A stretch of 64,000 nucleotides of DNA, taken from NCBI GenBank assembly GCA_963842945.1, contig CAWJIM010000004.1, positions 84,441-148,440 of the forward strand, read 5' to 3'. This document shows, one piece after another, positions 52,798-61,550 of the stretch. The notes under the pieces were generated by a model, which saw nothing but the letters and a program-made list of their open reading frames with translations, was not told where the DNA came from and made no database searches. The position numbers and the translations under genes were made by a program. The first letter of the stretch is position 1. Each line of letters opens with the position of its first letter. Source of the stretch: an uncultured Gemmatimonadales bacterium (GTDB lineage Bacteria; Gemmatimonadota; Gemmatimonadetes; Gemmatimonadales; GWC2-71-9).

Positions 52798-54732
52798 TCA
52801 CCACCCGACCCCGTAGTCCTCACCATGGTTGCTCGAGGCACCCCACATCGTGCCATGCAGCCGGTCGAACAGAATCCCGTTGATCGGTCCCGAGGTCCGC
52901 TCCTCGAACTCCAGAGCGTATACCCCATCTGCTGTAGCGCCGTCCGCACACTGTCCGGCGTCGCCGACGCGAGCAGGAGCGCGCCCGGCTTCGATTCGTG
53001 CTCCCCGAACGACGACCGCATCTGATAGCTGTTGATGTTGTGCGCCTCCGCCGCCTGCTGCGGGGTCATCCCGAACTCGACGATGTTGAGGAACCACTGG
53101 AGCAGGTTCTGGTCCTGCGAGTCGCCCCCCTGCACCGCCATCGCGAGATAGGGCTTGCCCTCCTTCATCGCCAGCGTCGGCGTGAGGGTCACCCGCGGCT
53201 TCTTGCCCGGCTCGATCACGTTGTACGGCCCGTCCTCCGCCCGGGTGACGAAGCTCTGGGCCCGCTGGCTCAGTCCCACTCCGGTGTGTCCCGCGATCAC
53301 CGCCGGGATCCAGCCCCCGCTCGGCGTCACCGACACGACCCAGCCCTTCTCGTCGGCCGCTTCGATAGAAGTGGTGCCCGCGTAGAAGTGGCGGCGGAAG
53401 GCGGAGTCGGCAGGCGGACGGGCGGTAAGGCGGTAAGGCGGTAGGGCGGAAAGCCGGAAGAGATCCGGATGGCAGTGATGAACGGGCAGGCCCCGCGCTA
53501 TCGAGAGCGGTGCTGTCCGGTCGCGCCACATTGGTCCAGCCCGCCAGCAGCTGGGTGAACGGATTGGTGCCGCCCTGATAGGGATACGGATCGCCCGGCT
53601 TGACCGTCGAATCGTTCCGGGTCCAGTTGATCTGCCCATACCTCGCCTTGGCGTACTCCTTCGACAGCAGCCCCTTCACCGGCTCCTCCGGCGGGAAGTA
53701 GGGGTCGCCGTAGTAGAAGTCGCGGTCGGCGTAGGCCAGGTTCATCGCCTGATACAGGGCGTGGATGTACCTGGGCGAGTTGTAGCCCATCGCCTTGAGG
53801 TCGGCGTTCTCCAGGATGTTGAGCGCCTGGAGCATCACCGGCCCCTGCTGCCAGATGGGGAGCTTGTAGACGGTGATCCCCTTATACGTGGTGCTGAGCG
53901 GCTCCTCGATCCGGACCTTCCACCGGGCCAGGTCGCCCAGGGTGATCAGCCCGCCCTCCTCCTGCACCCCGCGCACCAGCTCGCGCGCGATGTCTCCTTT
54001 ATAGAAGCGGTCGTACGCGGCGTAGATGGCCTGCTTCCGGGTCTTGCCCGCCTTCCGCGCCTCGCGCTCCGCCGCCACCAGCTTCCGGAGCGTGGCCGCG
54101 AGGTCCTTCTGCACGAAGATCTCGCCCGCCGCCGGCGCCTCCCGCTTCTCACCCCGGTGCGGCAGAAACACCGCGGTCGAATACTTCCACTGCTTGATGC
54201 TGTCCTTGATCTGCTCGATGAAGTCCGCGGTCTGGGCCTCGATGGGATAGCCGTCGGCCATCTGGATCGCCGGCGCCAGCACGTCGCCCAGCGACATGGT
54301 GCCGTACTCGGCCAGCATGGTCATGAGACCGCCGGGCGTGCCCGGAGTGACCGCCGCCAGCGGGCCGTACTCCGGCGGATAGCGGTAGCCCTTCGACTTA
54401 TAGAACTCGGCGGTCGCTCCGGTCGGCGCCACGCCCAGCGCGTCGATCCCGATGACCTTCTTGAGCCCCGGGTGATAGATCAGCGCCTGGGTCTCCCCGC
54501 CCCAGGAGAGCACGTCCCACATGGTGGTGACCGCCGCCAGCATGGCGCAGGCGGCGTCCACCGCGTTGCCGCCCTTGGCAAAGATCAGCGCACCGGCGGT
54601 GGCGCCGAGGGGCTTGCCGGTGATGGCGAGCCAGTGCTTGGCGTGAAGCGGCGGCTTCTGGGTCTGCTGGGCCAGGAGGGGACCGGCGCTCCAGGAGAGA
54701 GCGGCGAGGGCGAGGGATAACCTGAGGAACAT
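52798..54732 (-). CDS. ggt: Gamma-glutamyltransferase family protein, frameshifted
   Basis: GGNAVDAACA, VTPGTPGG, FYKGDIA, AYADRD, nucleophile GTTS, PGKKPRVTLTP, QGGDSQ. Confidence 0.9.
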   Translation of the reverse strand: MFLRLSLALAALSWSAGPLLAQQTQKPPLHAKHWLAITGKPLGATAGALIFAKGGNAVDAACAMLAAVTTMWDVLSWGGETQALIYHPGLKKVIGIDALGVAPTGATAEFYKSKGYRYPPEYGPLAAVTPGTPGGLMTMLAEYGTMSLGDVLAPAIQMADGYPIEAQTADFIEQIKDSIKQWKYSTAVFLPHRGEKREAPAAGEIFVQKDLAATLRKLVAAEREARKAGKTRKQAIYAAYDRFYKGDIARELVRGVQEEGGLITLGDLARWKVRIEEPLSTTYKGITVYKLPIWQQGPVMLQALNILENADLKAMGYNSPRYIHALYQAMNLAYADRDFYYGDPYFPPEEPVKGLLSKEYAKARYGQINWTRNDSTVKPGDPYPYQGGTNPFTQLLAGWTNVARPDSTALDSAGPARSSLPSGSLPAFRPTALPPYRPSACRLRLPPPLLRGHHFYRSGRREGLGRVGDAERGLDPGGDRGTHRSGTEPAGPELRHPGGGRAVQRDRAGQEAAGDPHADAGDEGGQALSRDGGAGGRLAGPEPAPVVPQHRRVRDDPAAGGGGAQHQQLSDAVVVRGARIEAGRAPARVGDAGQCADGATADGVYALEFEERTSGPINGILFDRLHGTMWGASSNHGEDYGVGW

Positions 54733-54769
54733 CGGTCTCCTCCGGAGTTTCTGTTGCCGGGCTGGGGCT

Positions 54770-55639
54770 CTAGGGCTTGGTCAACCCCACGTACGTCTCG
54801 GGCCGCCGGTCCCGGTAGAACTGCCAGACGTTTCGCACTTCGCGGATCTGATCGAGGTCCAGCTCCGCCGTGACCAGCTCGTCCCGGTCTCGCGCTGCCT
54901 CGGCCACCATCTGCCCGCGCGGATCGCAGAAGTAGCTCTGCCCGTAGAACTCGCCGATCCGCCAGGGGTCCTCGTACCCGACCCGGTTGATCGCTCCGAC
55001 GAAGAAAGCGTTGGCCACGGCGTGCGCCGGCTGCTCCAGCTTCCACAGGTACTCCGATAGGCCCGCGACCGTGGCCGAAGGGTTGAACACGATCTCCGCG
55101 CCGTTGAGGCCCAGCTCGCGCGCGCCCTCGGGGAAATGGCGGTCATAGCAGATGTAGACGCCCACGTCGGCGTACCGGGTCTTGAAGACCGGGTACCCCA
55201 GGTTGCCCGGACGGAAATAGAACTTCTCCCAGAATCCCGGCGCGCAGTGGGGGATGTGGTTCTTGCGATACTTGCCCAGATAGGATCCATCGGCGTCGAT
55301 CACCGCCGCCGTGTTGTAGTAGATGCCGGCGCCATCCTCCTCGTACAGCGGAACGACGATCGCCATCGAGTAGCGGCGGGCGACCTCCTGCATGAGCCGG
55401 GTCGTCGGGCCGTCCGGAATCGCTTCGACCGCGTCGTACCAGCGCGTGCTCTGCTCGGCGCAGAAATAGGGGCCGGTGAAGATCTCCTGCATGCAGAGGA
55501 TCTGGACCCCCTCGCGCCCGGCGCGCTCGATCAGCTTCATGTGCTTGGCGATGTTCGCCTCGCGGATGGTCTCGAGCTTCTCGGACGTGGAGCAGGCGTG
55601 CGTGGCCTGGATCAGTCCGCATTTCACGATTCGGGGCAT
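54770..55639 (-). CDS. Nitrilase-family hydrolase, probable beta-ureidopropionase (PydC function)
   Basis: Glu-Lys-Cys triad (MQEIF, YRKNHIP, ICYDRHFPE); last gene of the pyrimidine operon. Confidence 0.88.
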   Translation of the reverse strand: MPRIVKCGLIQATHACSTSEKLETIREANIAKHMKLIERAGREGVQILCMQEIFTGPYFCAEQSTRWYDAVEAIPDGPTTRLMQEVARRYSMAIVVPLYEEDGAGIYYNTAAVIDADGSYLGKYRKNHIPHCAPGFWEKFYFRPGNLGYPVFKTRYADVGVYICYDRHFPEGARELGLNGAEIVFNPSATVAGLSEYLWKLEQPAHAVANAFFVGAINRVGYEDPWRIGEFYGQSYFCDPRGQMVAEAARDRDELVTAELDLDQIREVRNVWQFYRDRRPETYVGLTKP

Positions 55640-55675
55640 GTCGAATTCCTTGGTCTACACAACGGACGCTCACTC

Positions 55676-55748
55676 ACACAGAGCTCACAGAGACACGGAG
55701 AACACGGAGAGAACCTGTGCTCTGTGCTCGACCTCTGTGCCTCTGTGG
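55676..55748. repeat. Inverted nonamer arrays (CACRGAGNN)n / (CTCTGTG)n
   Basis: cacagagctcacagagacacggagaacacggaga...ctgtgctctgtgctcgacctctgtgcctctgtgg. Confidence 0.65.
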
Positions 55749-55772
55749 TCAAGCAGTTTGGACGGGCGGGGA

Positions 55773-57242
55773 TCACCGTCGCCGCGCATGAGCACGAGGT
55801 ACGCGACGAAGCTCAGACCGAAGGTGACGAACCAGGCGTACGCGTAGAGCCGGTCGAAGAAGTTCGGGTCCGCCACCGCTGCCGCCCGGCGTCGCCGCCG
55901 CGCGCGCGAAGCCCGGCACCACCGGCAGGACGGCGATCACGAACGCCGCCACCGCCCGCCAGTTGACGCCGTTGCGATAGGTGTACGCGCCCTGCTCCCG
56001 GAACAGGTCGTCCAGCATCAGCCGCTGCCGGCGGACGATCCAGTAGTCGGCGATCAGGATGCCGCCCAGCGCGCCCATCAGGCTCGAGTAGCCCAGCAGC
56101 CAGGTGAAGATGTAGGCCGCGGCGTCGGCGTAGAGCCTCCACGGCATCATCAGGATGCCGATCACCGCGGTGATGAGCCCGCCGGTCACGTAGCTGATCC
56201 GCTTCGGGCTCAGGTTGGAGAAGTCGTTCGACGGCGAGACGACGTTCGCCGCCATGTTGGTCGTGAGCTGCGCCGCGAGGACCACCAGCGCCGCGAACAC
56301 GATCACCCCCGCTCCGCCGATCCGGGCGATCAGCACGACCGGGTCCCAGATCGCCTCGCCGAAGAGCACGATGGTGGCGCTGGTGACCGCCACGCCGATG
56401 AACGCGAACGCCGTCATCGTGGTCGGGAGGCCCAGCGCCTGGCCCAGCATCTGGGAGCGCTGGCTCCTGGCGTAGCGGGTGAAGTCGGGGATGTTGAGGC
56501 TCAGCGTGGCCCAGTACCCGACCGAGGCGGTGAGCGCCGACGGGAACAGCGCCCAGAACGGCGCGTTCCCGCCCCGAAGCCGCTCCGACTCGGCCAGCAG
56601 ATGGCCGAGGCCGCCGCCGGCCCTGATGGCCCAGAGCAGCAGGATGCCTCCGCCGGCGAGAAGCAGCGGAGCCGACCAGCTCTCCAGCAGCTTGATCCCC
56701 TCGGTCCCCTTGAGGATCACCGCGACCTGGATCAGCCAGAACAGCATGAAGGTGATGGCGGTGCCGCCCGGCACCTCGGCCCAGCCGGGCCACGCCGCCC
56801 GGAAGAGCGCGTCCAGCGCCAGCCCGCCGATCCAGGTCTGGATCCCGAACCAGCCGCAGGCGACGATCGCCCGGAGCATCGCCGGGAGGTTGGCGCCGCG
56901 CACCCCGAAGCTCGCCCGGCAGAGCACCGGGAACGAGATGCCGTACTTGGTCCCGGCGTGCGCGTTCAGCACCATCGGCACCAGCACGATGGTGTTGCCC
57001 AGCAGGATGGTGAGCATCGCCTGCCACCAGCTCATCCCCTGCTGCATGAGGCCGGAGGCGAGGGTGTAGGTGGTGATCACCACGCTCATCCCGATCCAGA
57101 GCGCGGCGATGTTGTAGGTGGACCAGGTGCGTCGCTCGGGCGGCGTCGGGGCGAGGTCGGGATTCCAGAGCGGGCTTCGGGTGATGTCCTCCGCTCCGGA
57201 GGCGCCTGCGTGCACTGGAGCGATGCCGGCGCGAGTCGTCAC
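55773..57242 (-). CDS. NCS1 nucleobase:cation symporter, frameshift near the 3' end
   Basis: NPDLAPT..RTWSTYNIAALWIGM, HAGTKYGISFPVLCRASFG, CGWFGIQ, WATLSLNIPDFTRY. Confidence 0.92.
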   Translation of the reverse strand: MTTRAGIAPVHAGASGAEDITRSPLWNPDLAPTPPERRTWSTYNIAALWIGMSVVITTYTLASGLMQQGMSWWQAMLTILLGNTIVLVPMVLNAHAGTKYGISFPVLCRASFGVRGANLPAMLRAIVACGWFGIQTWIGGLALDALFRAAWPGWAEVPGGTAITFMLFWLIQVAVILKGTEGIKLLESWSAPLLLAGGGILLLWAIRAGGGLGHLLAESERLRGGNAPFWALFPSALTASVGYWATLSLNIPDFTRYARSQRSQMLGQALGLPTTMTAFAFIGVAVTSATIVLFGEAIWDPVVLIARIGGAGVIVFAALVVLAAQLTTNMAANVVSPSNDFSNLSPKRISYVTGGLITAVIGILMMPWRLYADAAAYIFTWLLGYSSLMGALGGILIADYWIVRRQRLMLDDLFREQGAYTYRNGVNWRAVAAFVIAVLPVVPGFARAAATPGGSGGGPELLRPALRVRLVRHLRSELRRVPRAHARRR

Positions 57243-58721
57243 CGCGCCCCGGCGGGCCGCTCGGCGCGCGGGCGTGGAGGCGCGGCCGGCGTGTCCGGCG
57301 GCCGAGGCGCGGGCGCCGGCGTGCGGGACGCCTCGAGCCCGGCGGTGGTGCGGGGAAGCCACTGCCCGCGCCCCTCGCGGCCGACCACGGCGTACTGATC
57401 CACGATCACCTCGCCGCGGGAGAGGGTCGTCCGGGCGAAGCCCGCCAGCTCCCAGCCCTCGTACGGCGACCAGTCGGCGTTGGTCTCCATCGTGGAGGGG
57501 GTGACGGTGCGGGTCGCCGTGGGATGGATGATCGCCAGATCGGCGTCGGCGCCCACCATGATCGCGCCCTTCCGCGGGTAGAGGCCCATGATCCGCGCCG
57601 GGTTGGTGCTGAGCTTCATGCTCAGCTCCTCCAGCGTGAGCCGCCCGCCGAGGACGCCGCGGGTGTAGACCAGCGGGAGCAGGGTCTCGAGGCCGGGAAG
57701 CCCCATCGGGATCTTGGTCCAGTCCCCGTTCCACATCGCCTTCTGCTCGCGGGTGAAGGTGCAGGTGTCGGTCGAGACGACCGAGACCTCGCCGCCGCGG
57801 AGCCCCTTCCAGAGCCGCTCGACGTCCTTCGGCTTCTTGATCTGGGGACAGCAGGCGAAGAGGTGCCCGTCCTCGCGCTCGAAGACCGAGTCGTCCAGCA
57901 CCAGGTACTGGGCGCAGGTCTCGGCGAGCACGGGGACGCCGCGCGCCTGCGCCGCGCGCACGATGTCCGACGCCCTCGGCGGTGGACATGTGCACGATGT
58001 AGAGCTGGCCGCCGGTCGCCTCGCACCACTGCACCACCCGCTGAATCGCCTCCGCCTCGACGAAGTTCGGGCGGGTCATCGGGTGGAGCCGCGCGCCGTA
58101 GCGGGCCATCAGCTCCGGCGTGTGGTGCCGCGCGATCAGCTCGTCGAGCACCCGCGCCGACTCGGCGTGCACCAGGAGCATGGTGCCGTGCTCCCGCATC
58201 TGCTCCAGCGTGCCGAACAGGGCGCGGTCGTCCGACTGCCACCCCTCCGACTCGTAGATCATGAACTCCTTGAAGGTGGTGAACCCGCGGTCCACCATCC
58301 CCTTGATCTGCGACTTGTGCTCGGTCCAGCGGGTGATGCAGATGTGGAAGGTGTAGTCGATCAGCGCCTTCCCCTCCGCCTTCCGCATCCAGTTGTCGGC
58401 CGCCTGGTCGAGCGACTCGCCGGCGTACGGGATGGCGAAGTCGATCACGGTCGTGACCCCGCCCCGCGCGCCGGCCCGGGTGCCGGTGCGGTAGTCGTCG
58501 GCGGAGACGGTGCCGCAGAAGGGAAGCGCCAGGTGCACGTGGACGTCGAGCACGCCGGGCAGCACGTGGTGGCCGGTGGCGTCGATGACGTCGGTGCCCG
58601 CGCCGGGCTCGAGATCGGCGCCGAGCGCCGCGATCTTCTCGCCGGCGATGCCGATGTCGCCGGTGAAGGTCCCGGCGGGGGTGACGACGTTGCCGCCCTT
58701 GATGATGCGGTCGAGTTTCAT
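57239..58721 (-). CDS. hydA: Dihydropyrimidinase, frameshift near 57970
   Basis: LPGVLDVHVH, GGVTTVIDF, VHAE, YIVHMST, AETC.QYL, STDTC, IPMGLPGLE. Confidence 0.9.
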
Positions 58722-58739
58722 GGTCGGTGCTCCTCCGGC

Positions 58740-59861
58740 CTAGGTTTCCGCACCCGCGTAACCTTCGGTCACCTCGTATCCGGAGCGGTAGTCGGCAGCA
58801 TCCGGCCGCCGAATCTCCGATTGCGCGACGACGCGGTCGCGCCGGAGGCCGCGGAAATCCTCGATTCCGGTCCAGCCGTCGGCGGCATGTCGCTCGAGAA
58901 ACGCGTCGAGCCCCGCCAGCAGCCGCTTGATCACGTTCGGGCCCACCGCCTGATCGAGCATGGCCGCGGTGCACACCTGCACCGTGCCGCACCCCAGGAG
59001 GATGTAGGAGAGCGCCTGGGGGAAATCCGAGATCCCGCCGATCCCGGAGAAGCTCTTGTCGGGGAACGTCCGGGTCATCTGGGACATCTTCGCCAGCGAA
59101 AGCGGGAGGATCGCCGGCCCGCCAAGACCGCCGCTCGACACCAGGCCGTCCACGTTGATCTCGAATTCCAGCGTGTCGGGATCGATCAGGGGTATCGAAG
59201 GGAAGGTGTTGGACGAGACGATGGCGTCGGCTCCCCCGCGGAAGCACGCCGCCGCCTCCACTTCGATCTCCGCCGTGGCCGGAGTCAGCTTGCACCAGAC
59301 CGGCACCGTGGCCACCTCTTTCACCGCCTCGGTGACCACCGAGCAGAGCCCCTGGTCCTTTCCGATGTTGGACCCCATGTCCCGGCGGTCCATGTGGGGG
59401 CAGGAGAAGTTGAGCTCGAGCCCATCCGCGCCGGCATCCTGGCAATCGCGGGCGAGCCGCTGCCAGTTCTGCAGCTCCTTGTCGTTGCCGGAGCCTGCCA
59501 TGATCGAGGCGATGAGGACGCGGTCGGGAAAGGCCTGCTTGATCCGCCGGATGCGGGGGAGCCACCAGTCGAGCGTCTTGTCCGAGATGAGCTCCCAGTT
59601 CCAGGATGAGTGCAGCGCCGAGCCGGGGCGCTTCTTCATCGAGACGTAGGAGTCCTCGGGAGACGTGCGCATGAACTTGGCCTTGGCCCCGACCACGTTG
59701 GCGACCGGGTGGAGCCCGATCGTCTTCGTCACCACGCCGGCCCATCCGGCTTCGAAGGCGCGAAGGATGTTGCTCTCCGACTCCGTCGGTGGCGCCGAGG
59801 CGAGCAGGAAGGGGTTGCCGAACTGGATGCCGGTGAAGTGGACGGATCGGTTGGCTGACAT
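58740..59861 (-). CDS. preA: Dihydropyrimidine dehydrogenase FMN subunit, without the C-terminal ferredoxin domain
   Basis: NPFLLASAPPT, GWAGVVTKT, ELISD, ELNFSCPH, KLTP, SGIGGI, VQVCT. Confidence 0.88.
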   Translation of the reverse strand: MSANRSVHFTGIQFGNPFLLASAPPTESESNILRAFEAGWAGVVTKTIGLHPVANVVGAKAKFMRTSPEDSYVSMKKRPGSALHSSWNWELISDKTLDWWLPRIRRIKQAFPDRVLIASIMAGSGNDKELQNWQRLARDCQDAGADGLELNFSCPHMDRRDMGSNIGKDQGLCSVVTEAVKEVATVPVWCKLTPATAEIEVEAAACFRGGADAIVSSNTFPSIPLIDPDTLEFEINVDGLVSSGGLGGPAILPLSLAKMSQMTRTFPDKSFSGIGGISDFPQALSYILLGCGTVQVCTAAMLDQAVGPNVIKRLLAGLDAFLERHAADGWTGIEDFRGLRRDRVVAQSEIRRPDAADYRSGYEVTEGYAGAET

Positions 59862-59918
59862 GGTGGATGACCTCAATTCACAGGCGGGCGGGCGGACAGG
59901 CGGTCGGGCGGTCCCGAC

Positions 59919-60587
59919 CTACTGTCGCGTTGGCCCGCGATAGGGGACGTACTGAGTCTCGAGAGCCCCACCCGGCAATACCACGGTCATCCCGGCGTAG
60001 GCGGTCTGGGCAGGCGGCTTGAGGACGGCGACAAACGGCGGAGCACGAACGGTCTCTGCGGTCAGCACGTTGCGCGCGGAGTCGGCCAGAAAGAATGCCA
60101 CCTGTTTCGCACCGAGGCCGCCGTCCCGCCAGCTGAGCCGCACCAAGGTCCTGGAAACCGGCGTCGAGGAGACCACCAGCGGCCCTACCGCCGCAACGGT
60201 GTCGTAGACTGGATAGACCTCGCGGGGGGGCTGCACCGGAACCCGCTGGGTCTCGGCGGGATAGACGTCGGAATACCCGTTGCCGGCGGAGTCGGCGGGA
60301 TAGTAGCCGGCAGAGTCGGGGAAGTAATCATCATAGTCGTAGTAGCCGTCCGGCCAGTAGTACGGCCAATACGGAAAGAACGGCCGGTGCCCGCCGTCTC
60401 CCGGCCGATCCGGGTTACTGGGAGGAAGGGCGAGTCGCGGGGGCCGGGGAGAACCGCCGAGTGAACCGCCGATCGGCATCCTCATGCCGGGGCCACGGCG
60501 GCCCTGGGCAACAGCGTCAGGCAACAGGTTGAGCGAGGCTACCAACCAGACGGAAAGACCGAGTGCTACACGGCGTAGATGCGCCAT
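59919..60587 (-). CDS. Hypothetical secreted Pro/Tyr-rich protein
   Basis: Signal peptide MAHLRRVALGLSVWLVASL..AVAQ; YPADSAG repeats. Confidence 0.6.
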   Translation of the reverse strand: MAHLRRVALGLSVWLVASLNLLPDAVAQGRRGPGMRMPIGGSLGGSPRPPRLALPPSNPDRPGDGGHRPFFPYWPYYWPDGYYDYDDYFPDSAGYYPADSAGNGYSDVYPAETQRVPVQPPREVYPVYDTVAAVGPLVVSSTPVSRTLVRLSWRDGGLGAKQVAFFLADSARNVLTAETVRAPPFVAVLKPPAQTAYAGMTVVLPGGALETQYVPYRGPTRQ

Positions 60588-60733
60588 ACAGACTTGAAGG
60601 AACCTGGCTGAGGATACTAGGAGATTGCTTCGGCGGCGGCGGGTTCGCAATGACCCGGAGGAAACCCGTGTCGAGCCGCGCACGCTGGTCGCTTGACAGC
60701 CCCCGTCCCGCTCTGTAACTCAGAGTCGCCAAT

Positions 60734-60822
60734 CCCACGACAAAGCACACACGGCGAAAGCCGGGGCCGCGAGTTTATCGGGACTATGCGCTTTTTTTTA
60801 CAGCGATTTGAGAGGTTACCCG
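60734..60822 (+). ncRNA. Possible degenerate c-di-GMP-I (GEMM)-like riboswitch
   Basis: CGACAAAGCACAC-ACGGC GAAA GCCG-GGGCCGC, then ATCGGGACTA...TTACAGCGAT...GGTTACC; follows TTGACA (60693)-17-TAACTC. Confidence 0.35.
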
Positions 60823-60869
60823 CGCCGGGGGGAGCCCGGCATCGTCTGCAGAAAGAACAGGTGGTTACC

Positions 60870-61172
60870 ATGGCGATTGCACTCTACCTGGAGTTTCCCG
60901 GCTTCACGCAGCAACAGTACGATGCGGTGATGCTGGAGCTGAACCTCGGCGGCCATCTGGCGCCAGGAGGGGTGTTGCACTGCGCCGGCCCGATGGAAGG
61001 GGATGCCGGCTGGCGCGTCGTGGACGTTTGGGAGTCCCAGGCCGATTTCGACCGCTTCCGGCGCGAGAAGCTCGACGCGGCGATGCGCAAGATCGGGGCG
61101 GATATGCCCCCGCGGGTTATCACGTGGCCCGTGCACAACGTAATGCTCGGTGAGCGTGCGCCCGCGAGGTGA
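60870..61172 (+). CDS. Small dimeric alpha+beta barrel protein
   Basis: PGFTQQQYDAVM..PGGVLHCAGP..WRVVDVWESQADFDRF. Confidence 0.75.
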   Translation: MAIALYLEFPGFTQQQYDAVMLELNLGGHLAPGGVLHCAGPMEGDAGWRVVDVWESQADFDRFRREKLDAAMRKIGADMPPRVITWPVHNVMLGERAPAR

Positions 61173-61191
61173 CGCTGTAAGCCTGGGCCCC

Positions 61192-61259
61192 GTCATCCTG
61201 AGCGCAGCGAAGGATCCCTCCGTTCCCGAGTAGAGATTCTTCGCTTCGCTCAGAATGAC
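61192..61259. repeat. Complete REP-like palindrome (VILSEAKNL/SLRMT type)
   Basis: gtcatcctgagcgcagcgaaggatc...gattcttcgcttcgctcagaatgac; relatives at 11313-11353, 33128-33174, 42214-42275 and 51238-51262. Confidence 0.85.
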
Positions 61260-61277
61260 AACTCTCAAGACCCCCGA

Positions 61278-61430
61278 TCAGATCCTGCCGGTCAAAAGCA
61301 GCAGCAACAGAATCAGGAGCAGAATGCCGAGCCCGCCGCTGGGGAAATAGCCCCAGCTCCGGCTGTGCGGCCAGCGGGGGAGCGCACCGACCAGGAGCAG
61401 CACCAGGACGACGATCAGGATGGTTGACAT
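61278..61430 (-). CDS. DUF3309 family small membrane protein (50 aa, not in the ORF track)
   Basis: MSTILIVVLVLLLVGALPRWPHSRSWGYFPSGGLGILLLILLLLLLTGRI*; GAGG RBS. Confidence 0.88.
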   Translation of the reverse strand: MSTILIVVLVLLLVGALPRWPHSRSWGYFPSGGLGILLLILLLLLLTGRI

Positions 61431-61550
61431 CGGTCGCCTCGCGGTGAGGGAGAGCCCCCAAGTTATTGGGCCCGGGCGAACAGGGGGAGGGCGGCTGGCT
61501 GTCCCGGAGCCGGTCTCCTATCCTTGTGAAACTCTCACGCCGGACTTCGC

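Noticed and set aside
55773..58721. 982-aa dihydropyrimidinase-NCS1 fusion in the ORF track
   Set aside because: Produced by a frameshift near 57970; the hydA C-terminus is in another frame and ends with a GTGA overlap at 57239-57242.
57622..59745. Long Arg/Gly/Pro-rich alternative-frame and antisense ORFs here and throughout the window
   Set aside because: Shadow ORFs expected in high-GC DNA; they overlap recognisable genes and show no motifs.
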